24,308 bases of DNA, taken from positions 1 through 24,308 of the forward strand of contig JBDHKN010000102.1 of the NCBI GenBank assembly GCA_039586365.1. The letters run 5' to 3'. A program made the position numbers and the translations under genes. Position 1 is the stretch's first letter, and every line of letters starts with the position of its first letter. The DNA is from Gemmatimonadota bacterium. Its GTDB lineage: Bacteria > Gemmatimonadota > Gemmatimonadetes > Gemmatimonadales > GWC2-71-9. A model generated the notes under the pieces. It saw nothing but the letters and a program-made list of their open reading frames with translations. It was not told the origin of the DNA and ran no database searches. Shown here one piece after another: positions 1-7,502 of the stretch.

Positions 1-300
1 CACTTCACTCGGTTCCGACCGATCTACCGCATGAAGAACCTGCCCCCTACACCAGTGGCGGTGCTGGAGCGGGCCCGCCGGATTGCGCTCGACGCCGGTC
101 TCCACTACGTCTACATCGGCAACGTTCCCTTCCACGAGGGTGAGAACACCTACTGTCCCACCTGCGGCGAGATGGTGATCCAGCGGGTCGGGTACCGGAC
201 TGATGTCGTGGGTCTCGAGGACGGAGCCTGCGCATCTTGCGGCTGCCAGATCCCCGGAGTGTGGACCCGGGAGCAGGCCCTGGCTTCTAAGCAGGGGTGA
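1..300 (+). CDS. amrS: AmmeMemoRadiSam system radical SAM enzyme, C-terminal part (5' truncated by the window edge)
   Basis: The frame is open from base 1: HFTRFRPIYRMKNLPPTPVAVLERARRIALDAGLHYVYIGNV...ENTYCPTCGEMVIQRVGY...CASCGCQIPGVW. The HF.RF.P.Y, PPTP...LERA, GL.YVY.GNV and terminal CxxC...CxxC zinc-ribbon pattern is characteristic of this family. Confidence 0.88.
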   Translation, partial: HFTRFRPIYRMKNLPPTPVAVLERARRIALDAGLHYVYIGNVPFHEGENTYCPTCGEMVIQRVGYRTDVVGLEDGACASCGCQIPGVWTREQALASKQG

Positions 301-429
301 CGACCGCCGTAGCCAAGGGGGGTGCCGCAGTTGCGCGTCATATTCTTGCGACACCGCCCAGTGGCACGGCGATACGCTGGTACGCCGCGGGATGCTGCGG
401 TGGGCCCGGTTGCCTCTGTCCGATCGCGC

Positions 430-1548
430 TCACTTCTGGTGCGCTATGAAGGCGCGGGCGTACTGCACCGGTGCAATGTCCGGTTGGTTGAGCGCCCGGG
501 CAGCGTGGAGTGGAAAATACGGATCACGGAGGAATTCTCGCGCCAGCAGCACCAGGTCCGCCTGGCCAGTTCGAATGATCTGGTCCGCCTGCTCGGGTTG
601 AGTGATCAGGCCGACGGCTCCCGCGAGAACTCCGGTGTCGCGACGGATCCGTTCGGCGAACGGCACCTGAAAACCCGGCTCCGCAGGGACTCTGGCATCC
701 GGCACGAGCCCGCCGGAAGAGCAATCGATCAGGTCGATACCCGCTGCGTGAAGCCCGACGGCCAACTCTACCGATTGTTCGACATCCCAGCCACCCTGCA
801 CCCAATCTGTTGCCGAAAGACGGAGAAAGACCGGCAAGTTGTCGGGCCAGGCAGCGCGGACCGCGGCAGCCACCTTGAGTGGGAAGCGGGTGCGACCAGC
901 GAGACTGCCGCCGTATTGGTCGCTGCGCCGGTTGGAGATCGGAGACAGGAACTCGTGCAGCAGGTATCCGTGTGCTGAGTGAATCTCCACTACTTCAAAA
1001 CCGGCAAGACGCGCACGTCGTGCAGCCGCAGCGAAAGCCGCAACGATCGTCTGGATTTCAGGACCGTCCAGTTCCGCCGGTCTGGGATCCTCCGCCTTGA
1101 ATGGAATTGGGCTGGGAGCAACTGGTTGCCAACCTCCCTCCGCTGGCGGGAGCGCCGCGCCGCCCTCCCAGGGTATTCGGCAACTCGCCTTGCGCCCGGC
1201 GTGGGCCAGTTGGATACCGGGAACCGCCCCCTGACGCTTGATGAAAGTCACGATGCGGGCGAGAGGCTCGATCTGGCGATCTTCCCAGATGCCGAGGTCA
1301 AATGGGGTGATCCGACCGCGGGGTTCTACAGCGGTTGCTTCTGTGATCACGAGACCAGCACCACCGACAGCGCGGCTCCCCAGGTGAACCAAGTGCCAGT
1401 CATTTGCCAAACCGTCCTCTGCCGAGTACTGGCACATGGGAGACACTGCGATCCGGTTTCTCAAGGTTGCACTGCGGATGGTGAGGGGAGAGAAGAGGTG
1501 CTGGCCCGATTGGGTCACTCGTATGTCAGCGCCGGTCGATAGGTTCAT
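430..1548 (-). CDS. namA: NADH:flavin oxidoreductase / old yellow enzyme, YqjM (NamA) subclass
   Basis: Motifs LFSPLTIR..TLRNRIAVSPMCQYS, GIQLAHAGRKAS, catalytic EIHSAHGYLLHEFLSP, N.R.DQYGGS and C-terminal PVQYARAF. The start is ATG 1548 or GTG 1518; the ORF-track extension to 1611 does not look homologous. Confidence 0.93.
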   Translation of the reverse strand: MNLSTGADIRVTQSGQHLFSPLTIRSATLRNRIAVSPMCQYSAEDGLANDWHLVHLGSRAVGGAGLVITEATAVEPRGRITPFDLGIWEDRQIEPLARIVTFIKRQGAVPGIQLAHAGRKASCRIPWEGGAALPPAEGGWQPVAPSPIPFKAEDPRPAELDGPEIQTIVAAFAAAARRARLAGFEVVEIHSAHGYLLHEFLSPISNRRSDQYGGSLAGRTRFPLKVAAAVRAAWPDNLPVFLRLSATDWVQGGWDVEQSVELAVGLHAAGIDLIDCSSGGLVPDARVPAEPGFQVPFAERIRRDTGVLAGAVGLITQPEQADQIIRTGQADLVLLAREFLRDPYFPLHAARALNQPDIAPVQYARAFIAHQK

Positions 1549-1715
1549 GATTCTGTGCTCGCGTTTTTTCCGGGGTCCTTCAGTATAGTCAAGTCGAAGG
1601 CAACGCCGCACTGCCGGCCCATCACCCGATCCGGGTCGCTTGACCGTCGAGAGGCTGGCAGTATACTCGGCGATGGTTGCAGGGAATGCCTGACGAGGAC
1701 GAAGGGGAGTGAGCG

Positions 1716-3602
1716 ATGACGCTCATGAGTAAGTACGTAGCGAGGTTCCACGCCGTGTCCCTCTTGGGCGTGATCGGCTGCGTGCCCGGCGAGGGTGACA
1801 CCACGGTCAGCGGCGAATTCACACCCGCGGATGCTTCCCGTCTCCTGACCTCGTATGTGTCAGCGCTGGCAACCGGCGACAGCGCGGTGATTCGACCGTT
1901 CTGGAGTGAGCGATCCGTTGCACGGGAAGGCTTCTGGTTCATGCATGCGTGGACCGGCATGCGGTTTGAACTCGTGCAATGGCATGAATTCCTGCGGCGG
2001 CACGACCTCCACGTAACGGAAGTCTCGCCCGGCCCGCACTACCACTCCATCGCTGTCGAGTGGATTGAAAAGAACCCTGCCGATCCGGCGCAGCAGTCAC
2101 CCAAGAGAATGGTGTACTACGTGGTGCCCCAAGGTGATGGTTGGGTGCTGGAGAATCCGATCGATGTGCTGACGCGGGATTGGCTCACCCATGACACTGA
2201 GTGCTTCGTGTTTCGATATCCCCCGAACATCGACATTCGCGACCATACTGCCGAACTGCGATTCATGGACCAGGAATGCAGCTGGGCCCTTGAGATGTTA
2301 CAGCTCGATCTGCCAGAGAAGATCGAGTTCTACAAGGCGCGGACTCCACAGGAATGCGGAGACCTGCTGCTCCAACCGCCCGCTTACGGATACGCAACCC
2401 GGGGATACCCCTACCTGGGCGGCGCGCCTCGTGGCTACCGAGTCGTTGTCTCAACGTCGTTCTTGCATCCCCACGAGCTGATGCACCTGCTACACGTGGA
2501 GGCTCGCATACCCTCCACTACTGTCGTATTCAGTGAGGGCCTCGCCGTTGCGCTGGGTGGGGGTGCAGCGTTTGCCGCTGAGTATGCTCTAGTGGAGTCT
2601 CGTAACCTCATGAGCGCGGCAGACCGGGTGTCACTGCGGGAGCTTTTGACGTTGCCCGATGCGGAATTCTTCACCAAGAACTACGAGACGTATCCGTTGG
2701 CAGGAGGATTCATCAGATTCCTTTTGGAGCGGTTCAGCATTGAGTCACTCACCCGACTTGCTGTCGAGACACAGAGCGCTGATCAGTTTCAACACACGAT
2801 ACCCCTAGTCTACGGACACGATATCGACGAACTCGATTCGCTATGGCAGCGCTACTTGCTGGATATCAACACGCCGGCGGTGGGCTTTGCGATTCCAGCA
2901 ACGGCCGAGTTGGTTTTCTCGATGGAAGACCCAGTCCGCGATGATGCCGGTGATGGTGATTACTCTGCTCCTGAACGGTTTGACGATGGAGTGTTCGACC
3001 TCACCAACTTCGCTGTGTTCAAAGACGAAACGAGTGTCTACTTCAGGATGGGTTTCCACAAGGTCGCGGCACCGGTAAGCTATCGGGATGGCGGTGAGCA
3101 ATTCGTGCCAGGTGTGGTGATTGCCGTCAGCAGAGCGGCGTCAGAAAACGGCCACTCGCAGAACACTGCTCACGGCGTACGGTTTGCAGACGGAATCGGG
3201 TACGACTTCAAAGTGAATGTGGGAACACAGGTCTCCATCACCGACAACTTCGGCAGAGTCTATTTCACAACGCCGGATGTTTGGGACCAGCTAGCGGACA
3301 AGGGAAGCGGAACGATCGAGTTTTCACTGCCTAGCCAGCTCATTGGTGAAGTGGCTGCCGGTTGGCGTTACTTCGTCGGGGTCGGCCTGGCGAGTGAGCG
3401 GGCGATGAACTTCATTCACGGTGGTCCCGCACCTGTCTACCGCGAACATCCCGTGTTCCTGAGTGGTGGTAACTACGATTACGGCAATCCGGCGTTCATT
3501 GACGTCCTGATGCCTGGCGACCACAACCAAGTAGAGATACTCAGCGATTACGATGGTCCGGCTGGCCGTCTGGCAGTCGTTCCGATGGTAGGTGCACAGT
3601 GA
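1716..3602 (+). CDS. Putative lipoprotein: gluzincin (peptidase MA-like) domain plus C-terminal glucodextranase DOMON-like domain
   Basis: GGGGAG SD lies upstream, and there is a lipobox-like LLGVIG-C22. HELMH (aa 253-257) is followed by FSEGLA (E274). From about aa 403, EDPVRDDAGDGDY..PERFDDGVFDL...GG..YGNP.FIDVL.P...Q..ILS.YD...AVVPMV matches glucodextranase/amylopullulanase C-terminal DOMON-like domains. Confidence 0.75.
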   Translation: MTLMSKYVARFHAVSLLGVIGCVPGEGDTTVSGEFTPADASRLLTSYVSALATGDSAVIRPFWSERSVAREGFWFMHAWTGMRFELVQWHEFLRRHDLHVTEVSPGPHYHSIAVEWIEKNPADPAQQSPKRMVYYVVPQGDGWVLENPIDVLTRDWLTHDTECFVFRYPPNIDIRDHTAELRFMDQECSWALEMLQLDLPEKIEFYKARTPQECGDLLLQPPAYGYATRGYPYLGGAPRGYRVVVSTSFLHPHELMHLLHVEARIPSTTVVFSEGLAVALGGGAAFAAEYALVESRNLMSAADRVSLRELLTLPDAEFFTKNYETYPLAGGFIRFLLERFSIESLTRLAVETQSADQFQHTIPLVYGHDIDELDSLWQRYLLDINTPAVGFAIPATAELVFSMEDPVRDDAGDGDYSAPERFDDGVFDLTNFAVFKDETSVYFRMGFHKVAAPVSYRDGGEQFVPGVVIAVSRAASENGHSQNTAHGVRFADGIGYDFKVNVGTQVSITDNFGRVYFTTPDVWDQLADKGSGTIEFSLPSQLIGEVAAGWRYFVGVGLASERAMNFIHGGPAPVYREHPVFLSGGNYDYGNPAFIDVLMPGDHNQVEILSDYDGPAGRLAVVPMVGAQ

Positions 3603-3653
3603 CAGAACCGGCGAGGTTCAAGCGGGACGGCATGACTGGATGAAGCTCGACCG

Positions 3654-6074
3654 TTAGGCCGAACCAACGGCTGTGGAGTGAGCGCTCGGGCCCGCAGCGA
3701 TGCCACCCGCCAGCAGTAGGGCACTCAGCGCTTTCATTGCAGATACCGCAAGGCACGTGATCGTAACACCCAGGATCGGCACCAGCGCCAACCCGGTCAC
3801 CAATGCGCCGAGGGACCCTCCGACGTGGTCGGATGCATCGACTGCGGCAGCTGCACCGCCAGTGCTGGCCCGGTCGCGCAGCCACAGGGAGGCGGCGAGT
3901 GGGAACACCATTCCACCCAGCAGTCCGGCTACCGCCACGAGGTAGAATACCGCCAGCTGAACCGCCAGGTCCGTATCTGCTTTACGAAGCAAGGCTAGAA
4001 CAACTGGAAGAGTGGCAGCGAATAACATCACGGCCGCATCCAGTGTGAGCATAGCCCGCAGCCCTGGGCGACGTGGTCGGCTGCCCGGGCTCGCGAGCCG
4101 CGACCGCCGTCCGGCCACCTGCCCGAGGTGCCAGTTCATTGCCAGGCTCCCCATGACGAGACCGAACATGAAGATGCCTATCACCAATCCCACCATACCG
4201 TACACGTATCCGTACAGGACTTGGAACGTGTAGAGCAGGACAATCTCCAGCGCCATGCTGGCAAATCCGGTGGTTCCCACCGACCACACCAGGGCTGTCT
4301 GGCGCAGGCCTGCTTTACCGCGGCCCAACCCGGCAACGGCTGCAACCAGCGTGACCGTGACAAGGGCCGCCATCACCCAGCTGAGCTGCAGGCGGAGCAG
4401 AATGGAGAGCAGCCTGCTCCTGTTTCGTTCCGGACCCGACTCGCCGCGGTGGGCGGCACCCGTACTGGCGAGCCACATGCGCATGTGATAGAGGGCCGCC
4501 GCCGGTGCCTGGTCGGTGTTGTAGTGGCGCGGGGGCTGCGTTCGGAGAGCGCGCCGAACCAGCGCGAGTTTCTCGTGGTCCAGCAGATCCGAGGCACCCT
4601 CAAACCACAGCGGGGCGAAGTAGGGTGAGGTCACCTGGCGTGAGCGATACCGCGCGGCCAAGATTTCCCCACTCTCGGCGAGTACACCTCGTTGCTTGGC
4701 AGCGTAGATCCGCACTGGATCGCCGAACGTCAGCAGGACCTCCGGGAACACGCGCTCCAGCGGTGCAACGACACTGCCAACATAAGCAGCTACGTCGGGG
4801 CCCCAAGGACCAACCGAGGCTGCGAGCGAGAAGGCCAGCACCCCGTCGTCGGACATCGTCTCAGCCAGCGCGGCAAAGAACTGTTCGGTGTACAACCTGG
4901 CCTCGAGCGTAGACGCGGGCTCGGGCGCGGCAAGGAGAACCAGCTCGTAGCCCGGAGCACCGGCGCTTTGGGCCTGCTGCAGGAACCGCCGGGGGTCACT
5001 GTAGTGCACGCTGACCGCGGGGTCGTGCAGCGCCGCAGCATCCGGCGGGGCAAGGTGCGGGATCATGAGCTCGAGTAGCCGGTTGTCGAGGGTGACATAG
5101 TCCAGCCGCTCAGGACGATGGCGCATCAGTTCCTTCAACAAGCCTTCGGCTCCTCCTCCCAGAACCAGCATGTGCCGCGGTGCCGGGTGCTGGCAGGCGG
5201 TGAGATGCGCCTCTATCGCAAGGGCCGTGTGGTCGGGCCAGGTGGCAGCGACGGTGCCGTTTGTGTAGAGGCTGAACTGGTCGGCGAGCTGGCCGACTGC
5301 GGTGTTCTGGTAGCGTGAATCCACCGAACGGATCAAGTCGAGTCCCTTAGCGAAGCTTCCCCAGCGCCAGCCGACGGTCAGGCGTTCCAGTCTGCTGGCG
5401 CCACCGCCTGCAATTGCCGCCGCGGCGCTGACCGCCCATGTCAGTGCCACCAACCGAGTCCCTCGCGACAGGTCCTGTTGCCGAGCCAGCTGCATTGTCG
5501 CCACCGCCAGTAAGGCACCGCCCCCGATCACCAAGGTGAAGGCACCCAGGTGCTCGACGAACACAAAGGAGAACAGTGCTCCTCCGACGAGGCTGCCGGC
5601 CGACTCGGCCAGATAGACCCAGCCTACCGAGCGCGCCCGCTCGACTGCTGCAGTTCGTCGCTGGCCTAGCAGGGCGCTGGCGGCCGGGAATGCCAAGCCG
5701 ATCCATACGCTTACGGGAACCGTCGCGGCGACCGTGACCAGGAACAGACTCCCCAAGCCGATGTACTCACCCGGTCCCGCTCCGAGTAGCGGCCGAACGC
5801 CGCGGAGAAACACGATCTCGGTGCTAAGGAAGACAGGCAAGGCCAGGTTCGCGGCTACAAAGGCGAGCGCGGGGCGGTGGGCGAATACGCTAAGCCGGCC
5901 ACCAGTCTGGGCACCGACGGCCACGCCGGCCAGCCAGCAGGCTAGCACCAGCCCCCAGGACAGTTCGGATCCGAACAGAACGACCTGGGTCTCTCGCAGC
6001 AGCGTCGCCTGGGCGCAGACCGCGTACGCTCCAAGCACGAAGTACGTGAAGAGAACGAAACGTTCTTGCCGCAT
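3654..6074 (-). CDS. Membrane-integral spermidine-synthase-like (MFS-fused) protein
   Basis: 806 aa. N-terminal TM bundle (Q.TLLRE...LFGSELS.GLVL..WL.G...G; YLAESAGSL.GG), a central SAM/dcSAM-fold domain (DSRYQN, LVLGGGAEG, LYTEQFF) and a C-terminal TM bundle (TTGF.SM.LEI.LL..FQ..YGYVY; D..GG.LG). Confidence 0.85.
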   Translation of the reverse strand: MRQERFVLFTYFVLGAYAVCAQATLLRETQVVLFGSELSWGLVLACWLAGVAVGAQTGGRLSVFAHRPALAFVAANLALPVFLSTEIVFLRGVRPLLGAGPGEYIGLGSLFLVTVAATVPVSVWIGLAFPAASALLGQRRTAAVERARSVGWVYLAESAGSLVGGALFSFVFVEHLGAFTLVIGGGALLAVATMQLARQQDLSRGTRLVALTWAVSAAAAIAGGGASRLERLTVGWRWGSFAKGLDLIRSVDSRYQNTAVGQLADQFSLYTNGTVAATWPDHTALAIEAHLTACQHPAPRHMLVLGGGAEGLLKELMRHRPERLDYVTLDNRLLELMIPHLAPPDAAALHDPAVSVHYSDPRRFLQQAQSAGAPGYELVLLAAPEPASTLEARLYTEQFFAALAETMSDDGVLAFSLAASVGPWGPDVAAYVGSVVAPLERVFPEVLLTFGDPVRIYAAKQRGVLAESGEILAARYRSRQVTSPYFAPLWFEGASDLLDHEKLALVRRALRTQPPRHYNTDQAPAAALYHMRMWLASTGAAHRGESGPERNRSRLLSILLRLQLSWVMAALVTVTLVAAVAGLGRGKAGLRQTALVWSVGTTGFASMALEIVLLYTFQVLYGYVYGMVGLVIGIFMFGLVMGSLAMNWHLGQVAGRRSRLASPGSRPRRPGLRAMLTLDAAVMLFAATLPVVLALLRKADTDLAVQLAVFYLVAVAGLLGGMVFPLAASLWLRDRASTGGAAAAVDASDHVGGSLGALVTGLALVPILGVTITCLAVSAMKALSALLLAGGIAAGPSAHSTAVGSA

Positions 6075-6248
6075 GCAGGCATCTTAGGCTCAGCGGAGGG
6101 CTGCAGCAACAGGCCTCGCCGGCACAATGGTCAAGCGCTCAGTCCAGCGGTCGAGCTGGAAGACGCGAGGGTATCATCTAGCGGTCAGTGGTGCTCGAAA
6201 GCACCTTTGTAGTGCGGGGCCACGCCGAGTAACGAGGAGAACTCGACC

Positions 6249-7370
6249 ATGAAGCTGGGCCGCACTGCCGTCGGCCTTGTGGGACTGGGCGCCCTGGTTT
6301 TGCTCAGTGCCTCCGCACAAAGGCCTATCGTGAACACGCGCATTTCCGCTCCCGACGTTCCGTCGTTCGCAGTCGATCCGTTCTGGCCGCAGCCGTTGCC
6401 ACACAACTGGATATTGGGTCAGGTGGCCGGTGTGGCCGTGGACTCACGCGACCACGTTTGGATCGTGCACCGGCCCGGGAGTCTGACCCCCAATGAAGTA
6501 GGCGCAGCTCAACAGCCGCCCATTGCCGAGTGCTGCGTGGCGGCTCCGCCCGTGATAGAGTTCGATCCTGCGGGTAAGGTGGTGCAGGCGTGGGGGGGCC
6601 CCGGGCTTGCCGAGCCGTGGCCGGAGAGCGAGCATGGGATCTTTGTCGATCATGGAGACAACGTGTGGATCGGCAGCAGTTCCTCCAGCGGAAATGTCGT
6701 ACTTAAGTTCAGCCGCGACGGAGAACGGCTGCTGCAAATCGGCGAATTCGGCAGGACCGGCGGCAGCGATGACACAGGGCTACTGGGCCGGCCCACGGAC
6801 ATTGCGGTGGATCCGACGACGAACGAAGTGTACATCGCTGACGGCTATGGGAACCGGCGGATCATCGTATTCGATGCTGAGACGGGTGAATACAAGCGGC
6901 ACTGGGGTGCGTACGGCAACACTCCGGACGATGCCGAACTTGCACCCTACGATCCAGCAGCGCCGCCAGCGAGCTCATTCAGGAATCCAGTGCATGCTGT
7001 CCGCCTGTCACATGAAGGCAAGGTCTACGTCGCGGATCGAGTCAACAACCGAATCCAGGTGTTTCGCCAGGACGGCGGGTTCCTGGTGGAAGCCTTTGTC
7101 GCACGATCTACTCTGTCGATGGGTTCTGCGTGGGACATCGAGCTGTCACCCGATCCCGAACAGGCCTACGTGTACTTGTCAGACGGAACCAACAACAAAG
7201 TCTGGATCCTCAGACGAGATGATCTGGAGACCGTAGGACAGTTTGGGCGCAACGGGCGCTATGCCGGAGAATTCCATTGGGTCCACAGCATAGCCGTTGA
7301 CTCGCAAGGCAACCTTTACACGGGCGAAGTCGATACCGGGCAGCGGGTGCAGAAGTTCGTCCCGAAGTGA
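6249..7370 (+). CDS. Secreted NHL-repeat beta-propeller, similar to peptidyl-alpha-hydroxyglycine alpha-amidating lyase (PAL)
   Basis: GAGGAG SD and a Sec signal peptide (MKLGRTAVGLVGLGALVLLSASA). NHL blades VAGVAVDSRDHVW, HGIFVD, PTDIAVD..EVYIADGYGNRRI, VYVADRVNNRIQVF and HSIAVDSQGNLY. Confidence 0.88.
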   Translation: MKLGRTAVGLVGLGALVLLSASAQRPIVNTRISAPDVPSFAVDPFWPQPLPHNWILGQVAGVAVDSRDHVWIVHRPGSLTPNEVGAAQQPPIAECCVAAPPVIEFDPAGKVVQAWGGPGLAEPWPESEHGIFVDHGDNVWIGSSSSSGNVVLKFSRDGERLLQIGEFGRTGGSDDTGLLGRPTDIAVDPTTNEVYIADGYGNRRIIVFDAETGEYKRHWGAYGNTPDDAELAPYDPAAPPASSFRNPVHAVRLSHEGKVYVADRVNNRIQVFRQDGGFLVEAFVARSTLSMGSAWDIELSPDPEQAYVYLSDGTNNKVWILRRDDLETVGQFGRNGRYAGEFHWVHSIAVDSQGNLYTGEVDTGQRVQKFVPK

Positions 7371-7400
7371 GCCGGGGCGTACGCACCGACCACTTGTTGC

Positions 7401-7443
7401 TGACGCGTTCTCTGGCAACGTCGCGGTTGCCGAGAGTGCGTCA
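7401..7443. other. Long imperfect intergenic hairpin
   Basis: TGACGCGTTCTC-T-GGCAAC [GTCGCG] GTTGCC-GAGAGTGCGTCA forms a stem of about 18 bp with two G-U pairs and one bulge. There is no U tract. Confidence 0.55.
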
Positions 7444-7502
7444 ACCTGGCCGGGGTAGGTCGTGACCCATACCTTAGGTCGGGAAGCACGAGAGGTCGTC
7501 TG

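Noticed and set aside
298..430. Selenocysteine read-through at TGA stops of Cys-rich proteins (amrS; also FmdB at 14028)
   Set aside because: The stops fall at the natural family ends, with no recognisable homologous continuation or convincing SECIS.
322..1542. Two long + strand ORFs (218 aa and 187 aa)
   Set aside because: They are antisense shadows of the well-conserved old yellow enzyme gene and carry no motifs.
6190..6209. Hairpin GGTGCT-CGAA-AGCACC followed by TTTG
   Set aside because: The stem is only 6 bp with a short U run in a divergent intergenic region, too weak to call a terminator or attenuator.
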